DNA of 64,000 nt from a virus, in the IMG/VR virus record IMGVR_UViG_3300004806_000016. The stretch is one strand, 5' to 3'. The notes beneath the pieces were generated by a model. The model did no database searches. It worked only from the letters and a program-made list of their open reading frames with translations, and was not told the origin of the DNA. Below are positions 11,388 through 21,041 of the stretch, in pieces. Numbering within the stretch: position 1 is the stretch's first letter; every line of letters begins with the position of its first letter. The translations under genes were made by a program, and so were the position numbers.

Positions 11388-12365
11388 ATGTTAGATTTTT
11401 TTCATCTACCAACTAATCAAAAAACAGATCAAAAGATATACACTACTTCTTCTGGTGGTTTTGAGACTTGGCAGAAACCACGTGGTATAAATATGATTGA
11501 TATATTCATCCTCGGCGCTGGTGGTGGTGGCGGAGCAGGTTCTGGTAGTGCTGGTGGCGCATATGGTGGCGGTGGTGGAGCCTCTGGTAACCAATATCAC
11601 TTTTTGTTCCCAGCATATTGTCTACCAGATCAATTATATGTCTATGTTGGTTTAGGAGGCAGCGGAGCAACTTTTTCGCCATTAGTAGCTGCTACTGCTG
11701 GGACGGCTAGTTACGTATCGATATGGCCAGCTCCTACACCAAATTTTATGGTCGGTATTGCTTCTGGCGGTGGTGCTGGTGTTTCGGGTGTTACTAATAC
11801 TTCTGGTGGGACGGGCGGAAGTCCAGCTGCAGCTGATACTATAGGCGCAGCGGCTTTGGCTGGTTTAGGAGTAAGTTTGTGCGCAGTCACTGCTGGGAAT
11901 ATTTCTATAACTGGCCAAGCTGGTGGCGCAGGAAATACAACGACCCCTACTTTTTCATTACCAACAACAGGTTTGTGTGTTACTGGTGGGACTGGTGGCG
12001 GAATAGGTTCTACGAGTACTGCTAATTCTTATGGTGCTTCCTCAATACCATCAACAAATATTAGCAATTTTCCAACATTGCCTGGAGGCGCTAATGGTGT
12101 AAATACTACTGGCCCACTAAATGGCGGCAACGGAAGTAATGGAATTGCTTTACCAAATTTAAGATATTTTTATGGCGGTACTGGCGGAGGTGGCGGAGGC
12201 TGGATTACTGGTACTGGCCCTTATGGTAACAGTGGCAGCGGAGGAGCTGGTGCCTATGGTTGCGGTGGTGGTGGTTCTGGCGGCATATATAATACTGGCG
12301 GCGGTACTACTGTAGGTGCTGGTGGCCGAGGTGGTGATGGTCTGGTAATTATAACTTGCTGGTAA
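11388..12365 (+). CDS. Glycine-rich protein, paralog 3
   Basis: MLDFFHLPTNQK...WQKPRGINM. Confidence 0.65.
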   Translation: MLDFFHLPTNQKTDQKIYTTSSGGFETWQKPRGINMIDIFILGAGGGGGAGSGSAGGAYGGGGGASGNQYHFLFPAYCLPDQLYVYVGLGGSGATFSPLVAATAGTASYVSIWPAPTPNFMVGIASGGGAGVSGVTNTSGGTGGSPAAADTIGAAALAGLGVSLCAVTAGNISITGQAGGAGNTTTPTFSLPTTGLCVTGGTGGGIGSTSTANSYGASSIPSTNISNFPTLPGGANGVNTTGPLNGGNGSNGIALPNLRYFYGGTGGGGGGWITGTGPYGNSGSGGAGAYGCGGGGSGGIYNTGGGTTVGAGGRGGDGLVIITCW

Positions 12366-12404
12366 ACTAAATAAAATACATATAAACACGAGGGAGAGGG
12401 AACC

Positions 12405-13013
12405 GTGGCAGATAAAGTTTTCGTGGCCAAGAATGGCCTTGTAGTCAATACCAATTTAATTTACGCATTGAGCGGCCAAGTTGGTATTAACAATTCCTCT
12501 CCTGACGCAAACGTAACAATTACTGGTACCGCCAATGTTCAGGGCAACGTTGCCATCACAGGCACATTGGGAATTGCTAATACGCTTTCAGTAACTGGTA
12601 ACGTAACATTCAGTAACTCATCAATTCATGTCGGCAATGCTAGTTTCTCAAATACGTTAACGGTAGCTGGCAATGTTACCTTTAGCAACTCATCAATACA
12701 TACTGGCAATGCTGTATTCTCGAATACAATCGCAGTTACTGGTAACGCTGTATTTTCAAATACATTAGCAGTTACTGGCAACGTTACTTTTAGTAATGTC
12801 TTTACTGTGGCTGGCCTATCTACTTTTAACGGAAATACTACTCATGCTGCTAACGTAACGTTCTCAGCTAATACATCACATGTAGGAGCTGCTGCTTTCA
12901 GTAATACGATTACTGGACCAAGCACTTTTGCAAACGGTACTTCTATCACAGCAGGTACTGGTTCTGTGGGAACTCTTGATGGATTCTTCCTTGATTGTGG
13001 TGTTTATTCATAA
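12405..13013 (+). CDS. Beta-helix-like repeat structural protein
   Basis: GTG start; 12-aa TGNxxFSNTLxV repeats. Confidence 0.6.
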   Translation: MADKVFVAKNGLVVNTNLIYALSGQVGINNSSPDANVTITGTANVQGNVAITGTLGIANTLSVTGNVTFSNSSIHVGNASFSNTLTVAGNVTFSNSSIHTGNAVFSNTIAVTGNAVFSNTLAVTGNVTFSNVFTVAGLSTFNGNTTHAANVTFSANTSHVGAAAFSNTITGPSTFANGTSITAGTGSVGTLDGFFLDCGVYS

Positions 13014-13049
13014 TACTAAATTATAACTTAGATCATTGAGGAGATTGAA

Positions 13050-13619
13050 ATGAAAGCTATGTGGCAAATGTGGTCTGGATTGATACCAGCTGAGACTTGT
13101 GATGAGATTGTGGCTACAGCTTCCCTGCTTCCCGAACAGCAGGGCAAGATTGGTACCAAAGAGGGAATAGGCGTTGATAGAAAGATTCGCCGTTCTGAGA
13201 TCCGCTGGATTGATGATTACAATGAAGATTTTGTTGATATCTGGAAATTCGTAGAGAGAAGATTCCATGAGGCGAATGCGAATGCTTTCGGTGCTGATAT
13301 TACATACTTGAGAAATATGCAGTTTACGACATACAATGCTAACAACGTTGGTCATTATGATTGGCATGAAGATGTATTCTGGGAATCAGAAAGTGTTCTT
13401 GATAGAAAATTATCAATGGTAATTCAGCTTTCTGATCCTAGCGAATATGAGGGTGGTAATTTAGAAATTCAATGGCACAGCAAACCTGTTGAACAAGATC
13501 TTAGAAAGAAGGGCAGTATTATCGTATTCCCAGCTTTCTTAAAACATAGAGTAACACCAGTGACTCAGGGTATTAGGCATTCCTTGGTTGCTTGGATGGA
13601 AGGACCAAGATGGCGATAA
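13050..13619 (+). CDS. 2OG-Fe(II) oxygenase (PKHD / prolyl-hydroxylase-like)
   Basis: [32 protein letters not shown] motifs. Confidence 0.9.
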   Translation: MKAMWQMWSGLIPAETCDEIVATASLLPEQQGKIGTKEGIGVDRKIRRSEIRWIDDYNEDFVDIWKFVERRFHEANANAFGADITYLRNMQFTTYNANNVGHYDWHEDVFWESESVLDRKLSMVIQLSDPSEYEGGNLEIQWHSKPVEQDLRKKGSIIVFPAFLKHRVTPVTQGIRHSLVAWMEGPRWR

Positions 13620-14341
13620 GAATTAGATTTCCGTATAATACTACTTCAGGCGTTACGCCAACAGCTGCAAATTTTGTGGTTGGGGAGATAGCTATCAATA
13701 CGGCAGATCAAAAGGCATACGTCAGAGATACGACTCTAATGCGTCAACTGATTGGCGCTACTGGGCCTACTGGACCACAAGGTCCAACTGGCCCAACTGG
13801 TCCAACTGGTTCTCCAGGTCCGACAGGCCCAGCTGGTGCGACCGGACCAACAGGTTCTCCAGGTCCGACTGGTAGTCCAGGCCCATCTGGCCCGACTGGT
13901 GCGCAGGGTGCACAAGGCGCTGTTGGTCCTCCAGGTCCGACTGGTCCAACTGGTTCTCCAGGTCCGACTGGTCCTACTGGCGCTCCAGGAGGAACTGGAC
14001 CAACAGGTGCTCCAGGAGCAACTGGTCCAGCTGGACCTCCTGGGCCATCTGGTTCTGATTATAGAATAAAAGATAATATTATACCAATGGATCTATCATA
14101 TGCTCTTATGAGACTTGATAGTTTAAAACCAATTAAGTTCTCATATAAGAGCGATCCAGAAGCCAAAATTATTGATGGATTTATTGCTCATGAAGTTCAA
14201 GAAGTAGTTCCTGAGGCTGTTACTGGCGTAAAAGATGGAACAGATATTCAGACGTTAGATCATTCTAGAATTGTTCCTGTTCTTGTTGGCGCTGTCAAAG
14301 AATTGTATGCGATCGTCAAGGAGATGAAGCATGGCAATTAA
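13610..14341 (+). CDS. Collagen-like fibre with C-terminal S74 intramolecular chaperone
   Basis: Gly-Pro-Thr repeats followed by SDYRIK...[15 protein letters not shown]. Confidence 0.85.
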   Translation: MAIRIRFPYNTTSGVTPTAANFVVGEIAINTADQKAYVRDTTLMRQLIGATGPTGPQGPTGPTGPTGSPGPTGPAGATGPTGSPGPTGSPGPSGPTGAQGAQGAVGPPGPTGPTGSPGPTGPTGAPGGTGPTGAPGATGPAGPPGPSGSDYRIKDNIIPMDLSYALMRLDSLKPIKFSYKSDPEAKIIDGFIAHEVQEVVPEAVTGVKDGTDIQTLDHSRIVPVLVGAVKELYAIVKEMKHGN

Positions 14342-15062
14342 GATTAGATTACCTTACAACACATTAACAGGTAAAGTTCCAACTGCTACTAATTTTATCA
14401 CAGGCGAGATCGCTATTAACACAGCTGATGGTTATGCTTGGGTCAAACATAGCGATGGGACTATGCCTCTTATTACTAAGACTGGACCGACTGGTTCTAC
14501 AGGCCCAACTGGCCCAACAGGAGCAACTGGTTTGACTGGTCCTCCAGGAGCTGCAGGCCCAACTGGACCAACTGGTCCAACAGGAAGCCCAGGACCAGCT
14601 GGACCGACAGGACCAACAGGATTTACTGGTCCAACTGGACCCACTGGTTCTCCAGGTCCGACTGGTCCAACAGGATTTACAGGCCCAACAGGTCCAACTG
14701 GTGCTCCAGGAGCAACAGGCCCAACTGGACCCACTGGTTCTCCAGGCCCAAGCGGTCCAGCTGGTCCTCCAGGAACTTACATATCTGACTATAGAATGAA
14801 AATTATTCATACTAATATGGATGATGGTCTAGAAAAAATTATAAGATTAAATCCTGTTAAGTTTTCATACAAAGATAATCCTAATCACATTGTTGATGGA
14901 TTTATTGCTCATGAAGTACAAGACATAATTCCTGAGGCTGTTACTGGTGTTAAAGATGGGTTTGAAATACAGACTCTTGATCAGACTAGAATGATCCCAT
15001 CAATGGTAAATGCAATACAAGAATTATATAATATTGTGGGAAGAATTAAAAATGGCAATTAA
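14331..15062 (+). CDS. Collagen-like fibre with C-terminal S74 intramolecular chaperone (paralog)
   Basis: Gly-X-Y repeats followed by SDYRMK...[15 protein letters not shown]. Confidence 0.85.
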   Translation: MAIKIRLPYNTLTGKVPTATNFITGEIAINTADGYAWVKHSDGTMPLITKTGPTGSTGPTGPTGATGLTGPPGAAGPTGPTGPTGSPGPAGPTGPTGFTGPTGPTGSPGPTGPTGFTGPTGPTGAPGATGPTGPTGSPGPSGPAGPPGTYISDYRMKIIHTNMDDGLEKIIRLNPVKFSYKDNPNHIVDGFIAHEVQDIIPEAVTGVKDGFEIQTLDQTRMIPSMVNAIQELYNIVGRIKNGN

Positions 15063-16098
15063 GATAAGAATACCATATAATACCACATCATCAGTAACAC
15101 CTACTGCTACTAATATGACTATAGGTGAGATAGCAGTCAACACAGCTGATGCTATTTTGTATGCTAAGAATGCGGCAGGTTCTGTTGTTGCTTTAAATAC
15201 TACTGGCCCAACAGGAGCAACTGGACCAACAGGTCTTACTGGTCCAAGAGGCCCAACAGGCGCGACTGGTCCGGCGAGTACTGTTCCTGGTCCAACAGGT
15301 GCGACTGGCCCAGCTGGTGCAACTGGACCTACTGGTTCTCCAGGACCAACAGGTTCTCCAGGCCCAACAGGATTTACTGGTCCAACAGGCCCACGTGGTC
15401 CAACTGGTCCAACAGGTCCAACTGGTCCGACAGGGCCAACAGGCCCAACTGGTTCCCCAGGAGCAACTGGCCCAACAGGAGCAACTGGCCCAGCTGGTCC
15501 TGATGTTTACCCACCAACTGGTACTGGTGATGGCGGTACTGGAACAGGTTGCTGTTTTAATAGCGAAGCATATGTTCTTATGGCAAATATGTCATGGAAA
15601 AAGATTAAAGATATAAAATTATTTGAAAGAGTAATGAGCGTTAACGGAGAAATTAACACAGTCAACGCTATTAAGACAACAACTGTCGGTGATAGAAAAA
15701 TGGTTAAATTTGATAACCATGATTTTTATGCTACTGACGACCATCTGTTCTTAACCAACAACGGTTGGAAAACTTGGAGACCTGATAGAATTATAGACAA
15801 TAACAGACCAAACGCTGTATTTCTTGAGAGCGATCAACCAATAGATTCTGATGATAAATTTACATTTATTGATACAGAAAACGGTAAGGTGTTATCTATT
15901 GATAGCGATGAATTAAATGCTAAGATGGTAGATTTTGATCCAGAAACAGTCATTTATGATCTTGTTCTTGATGGAGATAATACATATATCGTTGAAGGGT
16001 TTGTAGTCCATAACTGTGGCGGAGACGTTGGAGGTACTGGTGGTGACGGCGGCGGTGGTGACGGCGGCGGCGGTGGCGGTGATGGCGGCGGCGGTTAA
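15052..16098 (+). CDS. Collagen-like fibre with Hint (intein-like) domain and Gly/Asp tail
   Basis: Gly-X-Y repeats, then CF..., TDDH, IYDL...FVVHN-C. Confidence 0.85.
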   Translation: MAIKIRIPYNTTSSVTPTATNMTIGEIAVNTADAILYAKNAAGSVVALNTTGPTGATGPTGLTGPRGPTGATGPASTVPGPTGATGPAGATGPTGSPGPTGSPGPTGFTGPTGPRGPTGPTGPTGPTGPTGPTGSPGATGPTGATGPAGPDVYPPTGTGDGGTGTGCCFNSEAYVLMANMSWKKIKDIKLFERVMSVNGEINTVNAIKTTTVGDRKMVKFDNHDFYATDDHLFLTNNGWKTWRPDRIIDNNRPNAVFLESDQPIDSDDKFTFIDTENGKVLSIDSDELNAKMVDFDPETVIYDLVLDGDNTYIVEGFVVHNCGGDVGGTGGDGGGGDGGGGGGDGGGG

Positions 16099-16118
16099 TA
16101 CAAAGGAAGGTTACTAAA

Positions 16119-16826
16119 ATGGGGTTTTTTGCTGGTAGTACGGTTTTGATGGCAAACGGTAGCCAGAAACCAATAGAAAAATTAGAAATTGGCGACGAAG
16201 TTAAAGATATTTTTGGCCAAACACAAACTGTAAATGGGATTAGAAATTTACAATATAGTAAAGTTGGTGTTTCTTATTTAATTAATGGTAAATATCTTAT
16301 AACTTCTCAGCATTATTTTTTCTCAGAAGACAATAAAATATATTGTATCTGGAGTCATAATTACGCTGAACATCCAGGCCATGAGATTGTTGCTGTTTAT
16401 CCATATATAACAAAAGATAATAAAATAAAACAGTTGTGGTCTTGCGTGCCTTCCGAAGAAACAGGAATAATTAAAAGATTCTATCAAGAAGATCCTAGAT
16501 GGCAAGATGTTTATCTTAAGACAATGAATGGCCCAGAAAAAGTTGAAATAATAGAACAGATAGATATGACATCCGAAGATACTATCTATGCACATTCTGT
16601 AACTGGTTCTGGGAGTTATTTTGTTGGTGGTCTTTGTGCGACAGCAAGATTAAATGAGAATTGGGATTATGAAAATATGAGACCGATTGATGGAACTGTT
16701 ACGATAATTTCTGCTGGAAACGGCAAACCACACCAAAGAGTAATAAATATTGATCATTCTACCAATGAAAATTCAGTATGGTGTCCAGAAGATCAACACT
16801 GGAAAAACCATTGGAGATTTAAATAA
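16119..16826 (+). CDS. Stand-alone degenerate Hint-domain protein
   Basis: GFFAGSTVLMANGSQKPIEKLEIGDEV and TSQH; no Cys1 and no terminal HN. Confidence 0.7.
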   Translation: MGFFAGSTVLMANGSQKPIEKLEIGDEVKDIFGQTQTVNGIRNLQYSKVGVSYLINGKYLITSQHYFFSEDNKIYCIWSHNYAEHPGHEIVAVYPYITKDNKIKQLWSCVPSEETGIIKRFYQEDPRWQDVYLKTMNGPEKVEIIEQIDMTSEDTIYAHSVTGSGSYFVGGLCATARLNENWDYENMRPIDGTVTIISAGNGKPHQRVINIDHSTNENSVWCPEDQHWKNHWRFK

Positions 16827-16837
16827 GGAATTAAATT

Positions 16838-17500
16838 ATGGAAATGTTGGATATCTTTAGAATTCCAGTCTATTCTTTTAAATTTGAAGAGCATGAAAAA
16901 TTTAAACAGAGCTGGAGTCAATATCTAGATGAATATGATTACTCAAAAAATAAAAAACTAAAAAAGAATCATTTTGATATAACCGGACCCAATTTACATA
17001 AACAACAATTGTTTAATCCGATTAGAGTTTTCTTTTTACAGTCTATTTATGAGATGATGAGTGATATTACTCTAAATCATGATGTAGGTATCACGAGTTG
17101 CTGGGGCGTGAAACAGGGTCATAATGGATATCATCATGTGCATACGCATGGTAACTCTCTTTTTGGAGCTGTCTATTATCTAGATTCTGACGCACAAAAC
17201 CCATCTGGTACGATATTCCAAAATATTCTTGGTGATTTTATGAGTATCCGTATGGGGCAAAATTCCAGAAAAACAAATTTTACTACTACTTTTAATAGCG
17301 AACATCATGTGCCATGGGAAGAGGGTAAACTCGTAATATTCCCAGGTTGGCTAAGGCATACTACTAAGACAAACAAAGGCGAGACTAGAAAGATTATCGG
17401 CTTTAATGTTATGCCAATAGGTAAGACTCTTATTGATCCATATGATAGATATGATTATCAGGATTTCAGGGATCGTGAAATGTTCGGGGATGATTTATAA
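16838..17500 (+). CDS. Putative 2OG-Fe(II) oxygenase (TIGR02466-like)
   Basis: HHVHTHGNS, GAVYYL, LVIFPGWLRH, RKIIGFN. Confidence 0.8.
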   Translation: MEMLDIFRIPVYSFKFEEHEKFKQSWSQYLDEYDYSKNKKLKKNHFDITGPNLHKQQLFNPIRVFFLQSIYEMMSDITLNHDVGITSCWGVKQGHNGYHHVHTHGNSLFGAVYYLDSDAQNPSGTIFQNILGDFMSIRMGQNSRKTNFTTTFNSEHHVPWEEGKLVIFPGWLRHTTKTNKGETRKIIGFNVMPIGKTLIDPYDRYDYQDFRDREMFGDDL

Positions 17501-17534
17501 TAAATACAATAAACATCAACCACGGAAGTAAAAA

Positions 17535-18275
17535 ATGGCAGTTCCAACAACCAGAGACCAATTTAAAGAATATTGCCTCCGCAAGTTAGGTAAGCCTGTT
17601 ATTGAGATTAACGTAGATGATGATCAGGTAGACGATCGTGTAGACGAGGCTCTTCGCTATTTCTGGGACTATCACTTTGATGGTTCTGATAAGATGTATT
17701 ACAAATATCAGGTTACTCAGACTGATATTGTCAATCGTTACATTACGATGCCAGATAATATCATTGGAGCTGTAAATCTATTCCCAATCGGTCAGGCTCT
17801 CAACACCAACAATCTGTTTAACATCCGTTACCAGATCGCATTGAACGATCTATACACCCTTACATCGGTCTCGATGGTTCCTTATTACATGGCTCTACAA
17901 CACGTTCAGTTCCTAGAGCAGATGCTAGTCGGCCAACAGCCATTCCGTTATAATCGCCATATGAATAGATTCTATATCGATATGGATTGGTCTATCATCA
18001 ACGTAGGCGATTATATTATCGTTGAGGCATATCAGATCGTCAATCCTGACGAATACACTCGCGCATGGGGCGACCGTTGGTTGGCTCGTTATGCTGAATG
18101 TCTGATCAAAGAACAGTGGGGTCAGAATCTTAAAAAGTTCAACGGTATGCAACTTCCAGGTGGTCTTACTTTTAATGGTCAGAAGATCTATGATGAAGCA
18201 GTAGAAGAGCGTAAGAATCTAGAGACAGAGATGATCAATACTTACAGCTTGCCTGTTGCAGATATGATCGGATAG
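17535..18275 (+). CDS. gp13: Neck protein gp13
   Basis: YCLRKLGKPVIEINVDDDQ...QLPGGLTFNG; T4 synteny. Confidence 0.92.
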   Translation: MAVPTTRDQFKEYCLRKLGKPVIEINVDDDQVDDRVDEALRYFWDYHFDGSDKMYYKYQVTQTDIVNRYITMPDNIIGAVNLFPIGQALNTNNLFNIRYQIALNDLYTLTSVSMVPYYMALQHVQFLEQMLVGQQPFRYNRHMNRFYIDMDWSIINVGDYIIVEAYQIVNPDEYTRAWGDRWLARYAECLIKEQWGQNLKKFNGMQLPGGLTFNGQKIYDEAVEERKNLETEMINTYSLPVADMIG

Positions 18276-18288
18276 CGCGACCGTTTTA

Positions 18289-18296
18289 TATAAATA
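18289..18296 (+). promoter_or_regulatory. T4-type late promoter TATAAATA
   Basis: Exact consensus upstream of the endonuclease. Confidence 0.75.
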
Positions 18297-18329
18297 CTTT
18301 TGTAAAAATATTTTTTATAGGAGTATAAT

Positions 18330-19010
18330 ATGGAAAAATACGGATTTGTTTATATCTGGTTTGATAAAAAACGTAAAATGTATTATGTAGGATGTCATTG
18401 GGGAACAGTTAATGATGGATATATTTGTTCATCAGATAGAATGAGAAAGGCGTATAATAGAAGAAATAATGATTTTGTTAGAAAAATAATAATTGATAAA
18501 ATTTCTAGTAGAGAAAAAATGTTTGAAGAAGAATATAAGTGGCTTTCTTTTATAAAAGAGGAAGAGCTTGGTAAAAAATATTATAATTTACGTAAACATA
18601 AATGGGGTCACTGGGCTACCGATGTTAATTCTTCTTTATCGATAAAACAACGCATTTCCGAAAAAACAAAAGAGGCTATGAATCGTCCAGAAGTTCGTGA
18701 AAAATATCTTGCTGGATTGGCAAAAAGAAACAATAGAGCTTCTGAACCAGAAGTTAGAGCTAAAATGAGTGTTTCTAATAAAGGTAAAAATACTGGGAAA
18801 GATAATTCAAAAGCAATAGCTATGGCTGCAGCTGCTAATCGTGGTAGAAAATTATCAGAATCTCATAAAAATAGAATAAAAGAAACAACTATCTTCAAAG
18901 AACTAAATAATAAAAAAATCAAATGTTCTCATTGTGATTTTGAGGGTAATGCTGGAAACATAGGTCGATATCACAATGAAAAATGTAAACAAAAATTCGT
19001 TTGCAATTAA
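18330..19010 (+). mobile_element. Free-standing GIY-YIG (Seg-like) homing endonuclease
   Basis: GFVY...YYVG, DGYICSS, NUMOD-like basic repeats, C-terminal CxxC..H..C; AT-rich; inserted between gp13 and gp14. Confidence 0.85.
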
Positions 19011-19030
19011 CCTTTTAACAGGAGGTTAAG

Positions 19031-19774
19031 ATTAGCACTAATTTTTATTTCAACAACTTTCAATCAAGCCAAGAGCAACAGCTTCTCGAGAATCTTATCA
19101 TCGAGGCTATTCGCATATATGGCGAGGACATGTATTATGTTCCTCGTAATCTTGGTAATTATGATCAGTTGTTGACGGCTGATGATCAGTCGGTTTATAA
19201 CTCAGCGTTTCTTGTTGAATTTTATATTAAGTCTGTTGATGGCTTTACGGGCGATGGTAATTTTATGTCTAAGTTTGGTCTTGAGATCAGAGACCAAGTT
19301 ACATTCTCTATTGCTCAGAGAGTATTCAATGACGAGATCGGTGCGTATACTTCATTCGTAAGACCACGAGAAGGCGATCTAATCTATTTCCCACTGAATA
19401 AAAAATGTTTCCAGATTAAATTCGTTAACAAGTTTGAGATGTTCTACCAGCTCGGAGCATTACAGACCTGGGAAATGACATGTGAATTGTTTGAATACAG
19501 CGATGAAGTGTTTAATACTGGCATTCCTGAGATTGATATCATTCAGACTAAATTCTCAACCAACATCCTTGATTATTCTATCAGAGATGAAGATGACAAT
19601 TGGTTAACCGATGAAGATGATAATTACATTGTTGTTGAAGCATGTAATCTAGAGACTATTGTTCCAGGCGCTGAGAATGAAACATTAGATAATGGTTCTA
19701 ATAATTTCTCATTAGGTTCTTCTTCGTTTATTGACTTCAGCGTCAGAGATCCATTCAGCGAAGGTGTTGTATAA
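19031..19774 (+). CDS. gp14: Neck protein gp14, probable non-canonical ATT start
   Basis: gp14-like N-terminus STNFYFNNF..EQ.LLENL..E.IRIYG.D extends 33 codons upstream of ATG 19130; GGAGG lies 5 nt before ATT. Confidence 0.85.
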   Translation: MSTNFYFNNFQSSQEQQLLENLIIEAIRIYGEDMYYVPRNLGNYDQLLTADDQSVYNSAFLVEFYIKSVDGFTGDGNFMSKFGLEIRDQVTFSIAQRVFNDEIGAYTSFVRPREGDLIYFPLNKKCFQIKFVNKFEMFYQLGALQTWEMTCELFEYSDEVFNTGIPEIDIIQTKFSTNILDYSIRDEDDNWLTDEDDNYIVVEACNLETIVPGAENETLDNGSNNFSLGSSSFIDFSVRDPFSEGVV

Positions 19775-20610
19775 TGTTTTATCAAACTTATTATCATTCT
19801 ATTATACGCAAATATGTTACTCTGTTTGGGACTTTGTTCGATTCTATCAGTATTACTCGCACACACAATGGTGCGATGACAGAACTGATTAAAGTTCCGA
19901 TTACATATTCACCAAAAGAAAAGATGCTAGCTCGTCTGAATTCTGATCCTAATATTGATCGTCAGACAGCAACTCCTACGCTACCATTGATGGCATTTGA
20001 GATGACCAATATATCATACGATGGTAACAGAAAATTGAATACTGTAAATAAGGTCGTAGTAAGTCAGGCGAATAATGCTAATATTATGAAATATCAGTAT
20101 AACCCAGTACCATATAATATTGGGTTTAAATTGCATATCATGGTTAAGAATGCTGAGGACGGCACTAAGATTATTGAGCAGATCCTACCATATTTTACTC
20201 CTGACTGGACTACTACAGTACAGCTCATTCCTGAGATGGAAATTACCCAAGAGATACCAATCATATTAGATACAGTCGCCCAAGAAGATGTTTATGAGGG
20301 TCAATTTACAGAACGTAGATCTTTAACATGGACTTTAGATTTTACACTCAAAGGTTTTATCTATGGCCCAGTTAAGACTGGTGCTATCATTAAATTTGCT
20401 AATACTGTATTCTATACTCCAACAGTTGCTGATGGTGCGATATCAACAGTTGTTGGTAATACTAATCCTGCTGCTTTCTTACAGACTCAGCCTGGATTGA
20501 CATCTAACGGCCAACCAACAGCAAATAGTTCTGCTTCTATCGACCCGAATCTAATTACTGCAACTTCTGATTTTGGTTATGTTCAAACGAATACAAATAC
20601 AGGTGTTTGA
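19774..20610 (+). CDS. gp15: Tail sheath stabilizer / terminator gp15
   Basis: IRKYVTLFGTLF, KVPITY.PKEK, QIIEQILPYF-type motif. Confidence 0.92.
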   Translation: MFYQTYYHSIIRKYVTLFGTLFDSISITRTHNGAMTELIKVPITYSPKEKMLARLNSDPNIDRQTATPTLPLMAFEMTNISYDGNRKLNTVNKVVVSQANNANIMKYQYNPVPYNIGFKLHIMVKNAEDGTKIIEQILPYFTPDWTTTVQLIPEMEITQEIPIILDTVAQEDVYEGQFTERRSLTWTLDFTLKGFIYGPVKTGAIIKFANTVFYTPTVADGAISTVVGNTNPAAFLQTQPGLTSNGQPTANSSASIDPNLITATSDFGYVQTNTNTGV

Positions 20611-21041
20611 TGACTGCTAATAATGATCCTGTCTGGAATGCTCTAGGAGTAACTCCCCCAGCCAAAACTGAGAGCGTTGTTGCTACTATTGTTGCTTCGG
20701 CTAAAGACGATAGTGCTATGACCGACTTCAATCTAGCTCGTTCAAATATACATGAGGTAATTCAAAACGGTTCTCATGCTATAGATAAATTATCCCAGAT
20801 CGCGGATGCATCTCAACACCCAAGAGCGTTTGAAGTTCTAGCCACATTGTTAAAAGTGCAGCTAGATGCTAACAAAGATCTAATGGAATTACAAAAGAAA
20901 ATCCGTGACATACAAGCTGCTGATGAGCCACACAACCAAGATGCAAAACAGGTAACGAATAATCTGTTTGTTGGTTCTACATCAGAGCTTCAGAAAATGA
21001 TAGAGAATATGAAAAATGGATCCAACGATCAAGTCGTATAA
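20610..21041 (+). CDS. gp16: Terminase small subunit gp16
   Basis: HPRAFEV...NNLFVGSTSELQK. Confidence 0.9.
   Translation: MTANNDPVWNALGVTPPAKTESVVATIVASAKDDSAMTDFNLARSNIHEVIQNGSHAIDKLSQIADASQHPRAFEVLATLLKVQLDANKDLMELQKKIRDIQAADEPHNQDAKQVTNNLFVGSTSELQKMIENMKNGSNDQVV

Noticed and set aside
5900-15500. CRISPR array or diversity-generating retroelement
   Set aside because: The repeats are in-frame coding repeats with synonymous variation; there is no spacer structure and no reverse transcriptase in the window.
18276-19030. Group I intron around the GIY-YIG gene
   Set aside because: gp13 ends normally, the flanks are only about 55 and 20 nt, and no intron core is visible; the endonuclease is free-standing.
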